Source: an uncultured archaeon
Lineage (GTDB): Archaea > Iainarchaeota > Iainarchaeia > Iainarchaeales > JAAZKV01
Length of the DNA: 64,000 nt
Assembly: GCA_964461205.1 (NCBI GenBank)
Contig: CAYWUL010000002.1
Span: forward strand, 17,779-81,778
Direction: 5' to 3'
A program made the translations under genes and the position numbers. Below are positions 1-10,130 of the stretch, in pieces. The notes below the pieces were generated by a model, which was not told where the DNA came from, did no database searches, and worked only from the letters and a program-made list of their open reading frames with translations. Each line of letters starts with the position of its first letter. The first letter of the stretch is position 1.

Positions 1-19
1 AAAGGTTTCAAACAAAACA

Positions 20-2959
20 ATGAACGATACAATGACCGAATTAGACATTTCAAACTATATCACTCTAAGAAGAAATCTCTCCGGGTTGACTTCGGTTGCG
101 TCCGGAGATTATTTTGTTACTAAACAAGCAAAAGTTATTTCAAATCCATTAAGAACAACAAACGATATTAACTCAATTTTTTATAGTTTACAAAACCCAT
201 TAATCGTGTCTGTCGGCTCAACAACAACAAATGATTCTACTGCGCCAATTTTGTTAGATATTAATTATTCTCCTCAAGATATGAATGATCAGGCAGACCT
301 AAATTGTTATTCTTCTTGGTCTGATTCTACTTCAGTTATTGATCGAGTTGTATTAAATGTGTCTGGATCAAATTTGGATGTAAATTATTCTGAGATTTTT
401 AGGGATGCAAATGCTTTTATGTCGCAGATTATTGATGCAAATAGTATTAATGCTGGGGACATAAATTGTATTTTTACTGCTTATGATTTGGCTAATAATT
501 CTGACACTAATACAATAACTATTTCTGTTTCTGATAGTTCTCCTCCATCAATCGTTGCTGTAAGTAATTCTCCCGATTCAAATAGTTTGTTAGATCCCTC
601 AACAATTGTAACAATTGATGCAAATATTAATGAGTATACAGGGATGAATACTGCTATCTTATATACGCGGGGGCGTGATGAGAATAATAGTTGGACGGAT
701 TGGAATGCAATAACTATGTTAAATGATCAAAACTTTTCAGATACTAATTATCATTATGCGACTTCTTTTACTACTGCGCGCGATGATAATTCTTATCAGT
801 ACTATGTTTATGCTTTGGGTGTCGATGGGTTAGATGTTAATTCATCAATTTACACAATTTATTCTTATAGTGATTGGACTTGGTCAATTTCGCCTTCAAC
901 ATTTGGAACAAAGTCTGGTGCGCTTGATTCTATATTAACTGTTGGCGATATAAATGTAACAAATACCGGGGATAAAAATCTGTCTTTTAGAGTAAAAAGT
1001 AATTGGGACGATAAATATAAGATTTGGTATGATTCAGAACCAGAAACTGCTGCGGGGTATACTTTTAGTTTAGCAATCGGTAAATCAGAAATTCTAACTA
1101 CTTCTTTAAGGACAAAAGCAAGTGAAAGAAGTGATGAATTAACAATTACAGTTGATGCGACAAATTCTTCTGCTTCTCCAGACACAAATACTTCGACAGC
1201 AACAATAATTTCTTTGTCAGACGGGCCATTTATGTATACTGAATGGGTTACAACTGATTCTTCAGTAACACAAGGGGATACAAATGTTAATTTTTCTGCA
1301 AGAGTAACAAATTTGGGAAATAGTGATGCTAATGCCGTTGTTCTTGATTGGAATTTTCCTAATGATTGGACAATTACTTCTGGAACAGAAACGACCAATC
1401 TAACTACTTTAGCTGTTAGTGATTCTGTGTCTAGTTCAATTATCTTTTCGATTAATTCTTCAGCAGAAGCTGGAGACAAAAATATTGTTTTTACGGCGCA
1501 ATGTTGTAATATTTCAAGCAAATCTAGATTAGTGAGTAATATAACTACAGTTAATTCTTCAGGGTCAGGAGATGATGGCGTGGATGATGACGATGATGCC
1601 CCGCCTAGCGGTGGGCCAGGGGGTAATCCCGGGGGGACAGGCACTACTGGTGGAACAGGGGTCTTTTCTGATGAACAAAAAGATGTGTTTTTCCAAACAA
1701 CACAATTTTTTGAATTAGTGCGTGGACAAGATTCGGGATTTCCAATACTAATTGAAAATCCTCTTGATGGAACGTTACAAGAAATCCATTTAGAAGTTTC
1801 AGGATTAGCATCTAAATATTTACAATTAAAAGACAAATATATTGCGTTTTTGGATCGGAACGAGTCATTTAAAACTGAAATAGAAATTCTTTCTCCAAAA
1901 TATTTTTCTCCAGGAAAATATGAAATAACATTTATTATTAGTGGGATTTTTGTTGATGACAAAAACAAAACAGTTTCTTTTGGAGAAACTCGTTTAATAA
2001 CATTATTAATTCATGATACAAATGAAAACCAAGCAGTATTATTTATTGACGAAATGCAAGAATTCTTTGATAAAATGGTTTCAAATTCATTTAAAACAAA
2101 CAATTTGTATGAATTAATCGCTGATGCAAATGCTTTAGTAAATGCGAGAGAATTTGATGAAGCAAAAATAATTTATCTTCAAGCAAAAGAATTGTTTGAG
2201 ATGTCTTTTGAAGCAAGAGCAAAAATAACAAATTTAGAAAAAATTATTTTTAATACGAATAGACAAGGAATTAGCACGTTGAATACAAATCGTTTATTAC
2301 AATTAGCACAACTTTCTTTCCAAAGAGGCGATTATGCTTTATCATTAGATAGATTAAAAGAAGCAGAGTTAACATTTAGTTTAGAAACAAAAGGAGAATT
2401 CAATATCTTGATTTTCTTAATGGGAAATATTGACAGAGTAATTTTGATGATTGCTCTTCTTATAATCGCAGCGTATTTATTCTATTTAGGAATAAAATTA
2501 TTTATTTTTGGAAGAAAGCTAAAAGAGTTTAATTCAGAAGCAGAGTTATTATTAATTTTAATACAAGGAATTCAAAAAAAGTGTTTTGTTGAAAACAGAA
2601 TGAGTATTGGAGAATATTATGATGCTTTACAACAGTATGAAAACAGAATGGCATTTATTTCAGAAAGAATTATTACTTATGAGTCCAAAAGAAATAATGT
2701 GTTGAAAATTTCTTCAAGTATAAAAAGGTTGAGACAAGAAAAAAGCAAATTAATTTCTTTGTTAAAAAAAACTCAAGAACAATATTTTGAATTAGGATTA
2801 ATTGAAACAAGCATATATGAAACAAAAGTGAAAAGTCTAACAAAAAGATTGTCAGAAGTTGAAGAAGCAATAGTAACAAAAGAATTTATGAGGACTACAA
2901 GAAAAACAAGAGGATTCAAAAGATTTTTTTGGAAAGTATTCTACAAAATATTTAAGTGA
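20..2959 (+). CDS. Large surface/membrane protein, 979 aa in window. The reading frame is open from nt 2, so the N-terminus may lie upstream. Ser/Thr/Asn-rich extracellular region with many N-x-S/T sequons, a Gly/Asp/Pro linker, a single TM helix and a C-terminal coiled-coil tail.
   Basis: Long ORF; no N-terminal signal peptide after the called Met and no upstream stop. Hydrophobic segment 'VILMIALLIIAAYLFYLGIKLFIF' followed by a Lys/Glu-rich heptad-like tail. Composition typical of archaeal surface proteins. Confidence 0.55.
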   Translation: MNDTMTELDISNYITLRRNLSGLTSVASGDYFVTKQAKVISNPLRTTNDINSIFYSLQNPLIVSVGSTTTNDSTAPILLDINYSPQDMNDQADLNCYSSWSDSTSVIDRVVLNVSGSNLDVNYSEIFRDANAFMSQIIDANSINAGDINCIFTAYDLANNSDTNTITISVSDSSPPSIVAVSNSPDSNSLLDPSTIVTIDANINEYTGMNTAILYTRGRDENNSWTDWNAITMLNDQNFSDTNYHYATSFTTARDDNSYQYYVYALGVDGLDVNSSIYTIYSYSDWTWSISPSTFGTKSGALDSILTVGDINVTNTGDKNLSFRVKSNWDDKYKIWYDSEPETAAGYTFSLAIGKSEILTTSLRTKASERSDELTITVDATNSSASPDTNTSTATIISLSDGPFMYTEWVTTDSSVTQGDTNVNFSARVTNLGNSDANAVVLDWNFPNDWTITSGTETTNLTTLAVSDSVSSSIIFSINSSAEAGDKNIVFTAQCCNISSKSRLVSNITTVNSSGSGDDGVDDDDDAPPSGGPGGNPGGTGTTGGTGVFSDEQKDVFFQTTQFFELVRGQDSGFPILIENPLDGTLQEIHLEVSGLASKYLQLKDKYIAFLDRNESFKTEIEILSPKYFSPGKYEITFIISGIFVDDKNKTVSFGETRLITLLIHDTNENQAVLFIDEMQEFFDKMVSNSFKTNNLYELIADANALVNAREFDEAKIIYLQAKELFEMSFEARAKITNLEKIIFNTNRQGISTLNTNRLLQLAQLSFQRGDYALSLDRLKEAELTFSLETKGEFNILIFLMGNIDRVILMIALLIIAAYLFYLGIKLFIFGRKLKEFNSEAELLLILIQGIQKKCFVENRMSIGEYYDALQQYENRMAFISERIITYESKRNNVLKISSSIKRLRQEKSKLISLLKKTQEQYFELGLIETSIYETKVKSLTKRLSEVEEAIVTKEFMRTTRKTRGFKRFFWKVFYKIFK

Positions 2960-2964
2960 TTTTT

Positions 2965-4251
2965 ATGGAAAAGGTAATTAGAAAAATAAGCATTCTTTTT
3001 TTTATTTTTATTTGCTTTAATTTAGTGTTTGCACAAATCCTTTACCTGGACACGAATTATGCAGACACGAATAGTGGTGGATTTCTTCCTTCAATAGAAG
3101 CAAATACTGCACTTCAACAAATTAATTTGGTTAGAAGCCAGATAAGAGAGATGGGCGAATTAGGATTTGAAGTTACAAGGGTGAGTGATGAGTTTTTTGT
3201 TTCAACCCAAGTTTACGAAAATAATATTAGTAAGGAAAAAGAGAATATTTTTGTTGACTATTCTCGTTTTTTTGAACAAATAAAAACTGTTAAAAAAACA
3301 ATTAGTCTTGCATACCAAGTAAACGATGAATTAATTGCTTTAAACTATGAAATAGAAAATTTAAGACTAAGTTTAGACGTTTCTGAAGTAGATGTAATTT
3401 TTGCAGAAGCTAATCAAGAATTTAAAGACCAACGATACGAATTAGTTCCAAAACTTGTAGATAGCGCTTACACAAAAATTAATGAATTACAAAGTATTGA
3501 AGCAAAGACTAATGCGGCATATGATGCAGCCAGCAAGAGTATCGAATTTTTTATAAAAGAAAACCTTGAGAGTATTATTACAACAATAATTTCAATTATT
3601 ATTTTATTTTTAATTTTTAGGAGAAAGCTAAAAAGAATGTTGATTAAAAGACGAATTTCTTTGAATGAATATGAAGAAGAAGTTCTTAAAACAGAAATAA
3701 AAAATACTCAAAGAAGATATTTTGTTGAAGGCGATGTAGCAGAATCAGAATATAATATTAAAATTAAAGTTTATAGTGACAAAGTAAGAGAGTTGAACCG
3801 AGAAACAGCATTATTAATAGAGTTGTTAGAAAAAACAAAAAAACACGGGAAATTTAAAAAAACACAAGGAAATCAAGAACATAAAGAAATAATAAAACAA
3901 AATAAAAAGTTTGATAAAAAACAATTACAAATTGAGAAAAATGAAAAAAAAGTAAAAAATAAAGAAAGTGCTCGTTTAAAGAGAGAAAATAGACGAAAAA
4001 TTAGAAGAGGTGATAAATCAGAATTAGATTTAGAAGAGGAACGAATATTACAAGAACCCACACCGGTTATTATTCATAAGGAAAAATCATTGGTAGTTGG
4101 GAAGAAGTCTGTTTTGGATTTGGAGGAGGAAAAGATTTTGCGTGAGCCTAAAACAATTATTAATAAAAAAAAGAAATCAGTTAAAGTAAGAGCAAAAAAG
4201 AAAAAAAGAAAGAAAAGAAAACAAAAGACAAACAAAAAGAAAAAGAAATAG
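2965..4251 (+). CDS. Secreted/membrane coiled-coil protein with signal peptide, central TM helix, internal tandem repeat and poly-Lys C-terminus
   Basis: ATG at 2965 gives the N-terminus 'MEKVIRKISILFFIFICFNLVFAQ' (signal peptide). TM 'IITTIISIIILFLIF'. Repeated 'LDLEEE(R/K)IL(Q/R)EP' motif. KKKRKKRKQKTNKKKKK tail. Confidence 0.5.
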   Translation: MEKVIRKISILFFIFICFNLVFAQILYLDTNYADTNSGGFLPSIEANTALQQINLVRSQIREMGELGFEVTRVSDEFFVSTQVYENNISKEKENIFVDYSRFFEQIKTVKKTISLAYQVNDELIALNYEIENLRLSLDVSEVDVIFAEANQEFKDQRYELVPKLVDSAYTKINELQSIEAKTNAAYDAASKSIEFFIKENLESIITTIISIIILFLIFRRKLKRMLIKRRISLNEYEEEVLKTEIKNTQRRYFVEGDVAESEYNIKIKVYSDKVRELNRETALLIELLEKTKKHGKFKKTQGNQEHKEIIKQNKKFDKKQLQIEKNEKKVKNKESARLKRENRRKIRRGDKSELDLEEERILQEPTPVIIHKEKSLVVGKKSVLDLEEEKILREPKTIINKKKKSVKVRAKKKKRKKRKQKTNKKKKK

Positions 4252-4281
4252 TTTTTTATATTTAGAAAGCGTAGTGATATT

Positions 4282-5097
4282 ATGGTAAAAAAACAACCGA
4301 ATAAAAAAAACGAAGAAAAAAAAGGTCTTTCAGTCAAAAAATATTTTATGCCCGACGTTCCTGGTTTGAAAAGTCTTTTTTCACATGGAATTCCTTGGGG
4401 GTCAGCAGTATTAATTGAAGGGGGACCCGGGTGTGGAAAAACCTTATTTTGTTTGCAATCTTGTGTTAATGCTTGTAAACAAGGAAAAAAAGTGTTGTTT
4501 ATGAGTTTTGAAGAACCTGAAGACAATTTAAGAAGCCACTTAAAAATGTTTAATTTTGATGCAGAAAAATATGAAAAAGATGGGTTATTAAAAATAAAAA
4601 GATTTAATGCATTAGATATTGCTAGAAGTGTAGAAGCGTTATTGAGTGAAGCAAAAAAAGAATTACTAATTGATGTTCAACCAGTACTAATACCAAAGGA
4701 TTTTGAACCAGATATCATTTTTGTTGATTCATTAACAAGTATTTCTTCAGCATTTAGTGGAGAAAAACACAGGTTTAGGATTTATATGGAGCAGTTATTT
4801 CGTTATTTAGAATCACATAACATAACCTCTTTTTTAATAATGGAAACACCTCATCCTACCCATTTGGGAAGCGTTATTTCTGGATTGGATCAAGCAGTTA
4901 GTTTTCTTTCGGACGGAATATTAGTAATTTACAATGTTATTTATGATAATGGAACACGAGGGAGAGCATTTGAAATCTTAAAAATGCGTGGTGAAGATAT
5001 AAAAAGAATAATTGTTGAGTTAGAAATAAAGGATAAAAAAGGAATTGTGATTTATCCAGATAAACCCTTAAAGCATAAAAACCATGTTTTAACATAA
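4282..5097 (+). CDS. KaiC-like / RecA-superfamily ATPase (COG0467-type)
   Basis: Walker A 'GGPGCGKTLF'. Size ~270 aa. Overall RadB/KaiC/ArlH-like layout. Confidence 0.6.
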   Translation: MVKKQPNKKNEEKKGLSVKKYFMPDVPGLKSLFSHGIPWGSAVLIEGGPGCGKTLFCLQSCVNACKQGKKVLFMSFEEPEDNLRSHLKMFNFDAEKYEKDGLLKIKRFNALDIARSVEALLSEAKKELLIDVQPVLIPKDFEPDIIFVDSLTSISSAFSGEKHRFRIYMEQLFRYLESHNITSFLIMETPHPTHLGSVISGLDQAVSFLSDGILVIYNVIYDNGTRGRAFEILKMRGEDIKRIIVELEIKDKKGIVIYPDKPLKHKNHVLT

Positions 5098-5181
5098 ATA
5101 TTAACTTCGTCAATAGTTCCCACTTTTCTAAAAATCGACGAATAAGTAATATTTATAACTAATTCTTTCCTTTCTATTTGT

Positions 5182-6267
5182 ATGATTTCTGACGAAGAAG
5201 CACAAATGGAAATAAAACCTTTTTTGAAAAAATATGCTCTTTTGGTTGATAAAGAAATAGAAAATTTTATCCCAAGAAAGGCTACAAAAGAATGGATTGA
5301 AAGTGCTTTAGGAAAAACTATTTTTGAATTGGATTTAGATGCTTATACAGCTGGTGTTAATGTGCCTGTTTGGGATTTACTTGATAGAGGGGGAAAAAGA
5401 TTTCGTCCTTTGTTAACATGTATTTGTTCAGAAGCAGTTGGAGGAAAATGGGAAGAAGGAATGAAAGTTGCTCCAATTGTAGAATTAATTCATAATGGGA
5501 CACTTTGCCAAGATGATGTTGAGGATGATTCTCAAGCAAGGAGAGGACAACCATGTATGCATCACAAATTTGGTGTTGACACTGCAGTTAATACCGGAAC
5601 AATAATGTATTTTTGGCCAATGGCAAGAATAATGAATGATGATTTTTTGCTTGGGGAAGAAAAGAAAATGAAGATTTATGATTTGTTTATTAAAGAATTG
5701 TTAAGAGTGTGTAGTGGACAAACATGGGATATTGCTTGGCACCATGGGGGGTTCACTCCGAATGAAAAACAATATCTAAATATGTGTTTATCAAAAACAG
5801 GAGTGTTAACAAAATTTGCTTGTCAGTTAGGGGCAATAATTGGTAATGCGACAGAAAAACAATATGAAGCACTTGGAAAATTTGGACAAATTGTTGGGGT
5901 TGGTTTTCAAATACAAGATGATATTCTCGAATTAACAGAAGATGCTTTTAAAGAAGGAAAAGGAAGTATTGGTGGCGATATTCATGAAGGAAAAAGAACT
6001 CTTATTGTTATTAGGACTCTAGAAATTGCAGAAGAAGAAGACAAAAAAAGGTTAATAGAGATACTTGATTCACACACCGAAAAAAATGAAGAAATAAAAG
6101 AAGCACTTGCAATAATTAACAAATATGATGGTATTTCTTATTCAAAAAAGAAAGCAGAAGCGCTTGTAGAGTCAGCTTGGAAAGAAGTTAACTCTGTTTT
6201 GCAAGAAAATAATGCAAAAAACATTTTGAAAAAATTTGCTGAATATTTAGTGGATAGAAAAATGTAA
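5182..6267 (+). CDS. Short-chain trans-prenyl diphosphate synthase, geranylgeranyl diphosphate synthase type
   Basis: First Asp-rich motif 'CQDDVEDD' and second 'QIQDDILE'. ~360 aa polyprenyl synthetase fold. Archaeal-type TATA (ATATTTATAA, ~5143) upstream. Confidence 0.8.
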   Translation: MISDEEAQMEIKPFLKKYALLVDKEIENFIPRKATKEWIESALGKTIFELDLDAYTAGVNVPVWDLLDRGGKRFRPLLTCICSEAVGGKWEEGMKVAPIVELIHNGTLCQDDVEDDSQARRGQPCMHHKFGVDTAVNTGTIMYFWPMARIMNDDFLLGEEKKMKIYDLFIKELLRVCSGQTWDIAWHHGGFTPNEKQYLNMCLSKTGVLTKFACQLGAIIGNATEKQYEALGKFGQIVGVGFQIQDDILELTEDAFKEGKGSIGGDIHEGKRTLIVIRTLEIAEEEDKKRLIEILDSHTEKNEEIKEALAIINKYDGISYSKKKAEALVESAWKEVNSVLQENNAKNILKKFAEYLVDRKM

Positions 6268-6345
6268 AAATTACGCGCTGTGAATCGGAGTTAAGAATTT
6301 TAGTTAATAAGAATGTATTTATTCTAGTTTGTTTTTAGTGTTATT

Positions 6346-7380
6346 ATGGTTTCAAAAACAGAACAAAGAAAAATTGACCACATAAAGTTGTGTGTTGAAA
6401 AAGATGTTGCTTTTGATAAAAAAACAACGTTGCTTGAAGATGTTGAATTAAATTACAAAACTCTTCCAGAAATTTCTCTAGAAGAAGTAAATTTGTCAAC
6501 TCAACTCCTTGGAAAAGAATTTTCTTTTCCTTTTCTTGCTTCAGCTATTACTGGCGGAGCACAAGTATCAAAAAAAATTAATTTTGATATTGCAAAAGCT
6601 TGCCAAGAATTTGGTATTGGAATGGGTTTAGGAAGTATGCGCGCAATGCTTGAAAATCCAAAAATAAAGGATACTTATAATGTAAAATCCGTTGCTCCAG
6701 AAATTTTTGTTGCCGGAAATATTGGTGTTGCTCAATTAAGATCTTATTCTACTCAAGAAGTGAATTCTGTAATTGAATCTCTAAACTTAGATGCTCTTGC
6801 AATTCATTTAAATGCTGCTCAAGAAGCAATGCAACCAGAAGGGGACGTTAATTTTTCAAATTTAATAGAAAAAATAGATGAGTTTTCAAAAGAAGTTTGT
6901 GTTCCTGTTTATGCAAAAGAAGTTGGACATGGAATAAGTTTTGAAGTTGCTTCAAAATTAGAACAAACAAATATACAAGCAATTGATGTTCAGGGGGCAG
7001 GCGGAACATCATGGACTCGTGTAGATGCACTACGCCACAAAGGTTCTTTTGGTTCTGTTTTTCGTGACTTTGGTTTACCAACAGCAGTGTCAATAATTGA
7101 AACAAAGAATGCATTCACAAAACAAATTATTGCTTCGGGTGGAATAAGAAATGGTCTTGATGCAGTGAAAGGAATTATTCTTGGTGCTTCAATGAGCGGA
7201 GCAGCAATGCCGGTTTTACAAGCACAACAAAAATCTTACAAATCCTTACAAAACTTTTTTTCTAATTTTAAAAACGAAATGGAAATAACATCATTCTTAC
7301 TTGGTTGTAAAAACATTGAAGAATTACATAGGCAAAATTATGTTGTTCTTGGAAAATTAAAAGAATGGTTAAATCAATAA
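6346..7380 (+). CDS. fni: Isopentenyl-diphosphate delta-isomerase type 2 (FMN-dependent)
   Basis: N-terminal 'RKIDHIKLC' motif and TIM-barrel FMN oxidoreductase signature typical of IDI-2. 344 aa. Confidence 0.8.
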   Translation: MVSKTEQRKIDHIKLCVEKDVAFDKKTTLLEDVELNYKTLPEISLEEVNLSTQLLGKEFSFPFLASAITGGAQVSKKINFDIAKACQEFGIGMGLGSMRAMLENPKIKDTYNVKSVAPEIFVAGNIGVAQLRSYSTQEVNSVIESLNLDALAIHLNAAQEAMQPEGDVNFSNLIEKIDEFSKEVCVPVYAKEVGHGISFEVASKLEQTNIQAIDVQGAGGTSWTRVDALRHKGSFGSVFRDFGLPTAVSIIETKNAFTKQIIASGGIRNGLDAVKGIILGASMSGAAMPVLQAQQKSYKSLQNFFSNFKNEMEITSFLLGCKNIEELHRQNYVVLGKLKEWLNQ

Positions 7381-7517
7381 GTCAATCATATTGAATATTT
7401 ATTTTCTTTTTAATAAGCCCTTTATTAATAAACTTCGTCAATTGCCAAACTGATTTTCGTTTTTTGGAAAGGTTTTTATATACTGGTTTAGTAGAGTTAA
7501 TTATCTTGGTGAGAAAG

Positions 7518-8792
7518 ATGAAGATGCCCGAATTGCCTATTGAAGAAAGGAAGACTACCTTTAACGAAGTAGAAACTGGTTTCACAAAAGAACAAGCAAT
7601 CGAAGAAGCAAATAGATGTTTACAATGTGCTGATCCAAAATGTGTTTCTGGTTGTCCAGCAAACATTAATATTCCAAAATTTATTAAAGAATTTAGAGAG
7701 GGTCACTTAGATGAAGCAGCAAAAACCATTAGAGAAAAAAATTATTTTCCAAGTATATGTGGAAGAATATGTCAACATGAAAAACAATGTGAAGGAAAGT
7801 GTATTCTTGAAAAGACTCCAGAAGGCGCAGTAAATATTGGAGGAATAGAAAGATATATTGGAGATAATGCAATGTTTCCAAAAATAGAAAAGACAAATGG
7901 AAAAAAAGCAGCAATAATTGGTTCTGGTCCATCAGGTCTAACTACTGCAGCATATTTAGCATTAAAAGGAATAAATGTAACTGTGTTTGAAAGCACACAC
8001 GCTTTTGGAGGAGTAATAAAATATGGTGTCCCAGAATTTCGTTTGCCAAAAGAAACAGTTTCGCGTGAGCTAACTGCTTTACACGATTTAGGGATTGATT
8101 TTGAACCAAACGCAAAAATTAGTGAAGAATCAATTAATGAAATAGCAAAAGAATTTGATGCTGTGTTTGTTGGAACTGGTGTTGGAGCATCAAGACAAAT
8201 GGGTGTTGAAGGCGCAAAATTAAAAGGAATTATTTCTGCAATGAAATTCTTAGTAAACTTAAATCAAAGTGACATGCCAATGATTTCTCCAGGAGAAAAA
8301 GTAGTAGTTGTTGGTGCGGGATATGTTGGAATTGATGCTGCAAGAAGTGCTGTTCGCCTTGGAGGAAAAGTTACATGTATTACCTTTGCAAAAAGAGAAG
8401 ATGCAATAAAAACAGTTTCAGAAAAAGATTATAATGATGCAGAAGAAGAAGGAGTAAGATTTATGTTTGGTTTAACTGTGGACAAATTTGAAGGAAATGA
8501 AGAAGAAAAAGTTACAAAAGTACATTACAAAAATGGAGAAAACGGTTTTTTAGAAGCAACAAAAGTAATTGTTGCTATTGGACAAGAACACGACAAAGAT
8601 GATTTGAGAAAACCATTACGTAATGAAGAAAATGGTTGTGTGAAAGTAAATGAAAATTATCAAACAAAAGTAAAAAATGTATTTGCGGCGGGAGATTGTG
8701 TTCATGGTCCAAAAACAGTAATTGCGGCAATTGATGCTGGAAGAAGGGCTGCAGAAGCAATGCTTGATTATTTAAAACAAAAAGAACAATAA
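7518..8792 (+). CDS. GltD/NfnB/SudA-family Fe-S flavoprotein, NAD(P)H-dependent oxidoreductase (glutamate synthase small-chain-like)
   Basis: N-terminal Cys cluster 'CLQCADPKCVSGCPANINIP...CGRICQHEKQCEGKC', then GxGxxG 'IGSGPSGL' and a second dinucleotide fold 'VVVGAGYVG'. Start moved to ATG 7518 (GGTGA RBS); the track ORF starts at 7464. Confidence 0.65.
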   Translation: MKMPELPIEERKTTFNEVETGFTKEQAIEEANRCLQCADPKCVSGCPANINIPKFIKEFREGHLDEAAKTIREKNYFPSICGRICQHEKQCEGKCILEKTPEGAVNIGGIERYIGDNAMFPKIEKTNGKKAAIIGSGPSGLTTAAYLALKGINVTVFESTHAFGGVIKYGVPEFRLPKETVSRELTALHDLGIDFEPNAKISEESINEIAKEFDAVFVGTGVGASRQMGVEGAKLKGIISAMKFLVNLNQSDMPMISPGEKVVVVGAGYVGIDAARSAVRLGGKVTCITFAKREDAIKTVSEKDYNDAEEEGVRFMFGLTVDKFEGNEEEKVTKVHYKNGENGFLEATKVIVAIGQEHDKDDLRKPLRNEENGCVKVNENYQTKVKNVFAAGDCVHGPKTVIAAIDAGRRAAEAMLDYLKQKEQ

Positions 8793-8830
8793 TATTATTT
8801 GTTAGTTGAAAGATTTATTGGAGTGATATT

Positions 8831-10108
8831 ATGGATAAAGAACAATTTAGTGGTTTTTACAAAAAAACAATTAAAGAAAGACAAGAAATTGTGGCAAAAG
8901 AATTTTCTTTAAATGAAGATGACAAAAAACTATTAGAAAAAGAAGGTTCACTTCCTTTTGAAATTGCTGACAGAATGATAGAAAATGTTATTGGGACTTT
9001 TCCTCTTCCTTATGGTTTAGCAACAAACTTTGTTATTGATGGTAAAGATTATATTATTCCATTTGCAATAGAAGAACCAAGCGTTGTTGCTGCTGCGAGT
9101 AATGCTGCAAAGCTTTCTAGTGGTTTTACAACTTCTTGTGATGAACCAATAATGATTGGACAAATACAAGTTGTTGGAATAGAAAATTTAGAAGAAGCAA
9201 AAAAAGCAATCGAAGAAAAGAAAAAAGAATTGCTTGATTTTGTAACAACAATTGATCCAGTATTAGTAAAGTTTGGTGGCGGGCCAAGAGATATTACAAT
9301 TGAGATTGTTGAAGGATTAAATGGAAAAATGTTAGATATACATTTACTAGTTGATGTTCGCGACGCGATGGGTGCTAACGCAATTAATACTATGACAGAA
9401 AAATTAGCCCCAAAAATAGAAGAAATAACTAAAGGAAAAGTAATTCTTAGAATAATTTCTAATTTAGCAATTTATAGAAGAGCACAAGCAAAAGCAATTT
9501 GGATAAAAGAAAGTTTAGAAGCAAGTACTAAGGGACAAATTAATGGAGAAGAAGTTGTGGAAGCAATATTAAATGCTTATAATTTTGCAACAGCTACTCA
9601 ATTTCGTGCAACTACTCATAACAAAGGAATAATGAATGGAATTGATGCAGTAGTTATTGCAACAGGAAATGATTTTCGTGCAATTGAAAGCGGAGCACAT
9701 TCTTTTGCTTGCTTTGAAAAAAAATATTCTCCATTGACAAAATATTACAAAGATGAAAACGGAAATTTAGTTGGAGAAATAGATATTCCACTTGCGCTTG
9801 GTTTAGTTGGAGGCGCAACAAAAGTTCATCCAATGGCCCAACTTTCTTTAAAAATTCTAGGAATAAAAACAGCAAATGAATTAGCAAGGATAATTGCGTG
9901 TGTTGGCCTAGCACAAAACATGGCTGCTCTACGTGCATTATCTACAGAAGGAATACAAAGAGGGCACATGGGGTTACATGCAAAAAATATTGCAGTACAA
10001 GCTGGTGCAACAAAAGAAGAAATTGATATTGTTGCACAAAAAATGATTGAAACAAAAGAAGTTTCACAAGCAAAAGCAGAAGAGATTTTAAAAGAGATCA
10101 GGGGATAA
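8831..10108 (+). CDS. hmgA: HMG-CoA reductase, class II-like
   Basis: 'ENVIGTFPLPYGLA', 'EEPSVVAAASNAAKL' and 'DAMGANAINTM' motifs. 425 aa. Confidence 0.85.
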   Translation: MDKEQFSGFYKKTIKERQEIVAKEFSLNEDDKKLLEKEGSLPFEIADRMIENVIGTFPLPYGLATNFVIDGKDYIIPFAIEEPSVVAAASNAAKLSSGFTTSCDEPIMIGQIQVVGIENLEEAKKAIEEKKKELLDFVTTIDPVLVKFGGGPRDITIEIVEGLNGKMLDIHLLVDVRDAMGANAINTMTEKLAPKIEEITKGKVILRIISNLAIYRRAQAKAIWIKESLEASTKGQINGEEVVEAILNAYNFATATQFRATTHNKGIMNGIDAVVIATGNDFRAIESGAHSFACFEKKYSPLTKYYKDENGNLVGEIDIPLALGLVGGATKVHPMAQLSLKILGIKTANELARIIACVGLAQNMAALRALSTEGIQRGHMGLHAKNIAVQAGATKEEIDIVAQKMIETKEVSQAKAEEILKEIRG

Positions 10109-10130
10109 GTTTTTTATAGTTTGAAAGAGA

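Noticed and set aside
865-1968. 367-aa antisense ORF inside the 979-aa surface-protein gene
   Set aside because: It lies entirely within a sense ORF with coherent domain architecture. The antisense frame stays open only because the sense codons are dominated by aat/gat/agt/act, whose complements are att/atc/act/agt and contain no stops. Its product is low-complexity Ser/Val/Pro.
4074-4526. 150-aa minus-strand ORF spanning the 3' end of the coiled-coil protein and the KaiC-like gene
   Set aside because: It is antisense to two plus-strand genes and to a poly-A/Lys-coding tract. The product is poly-Phe/Leu low complexity.
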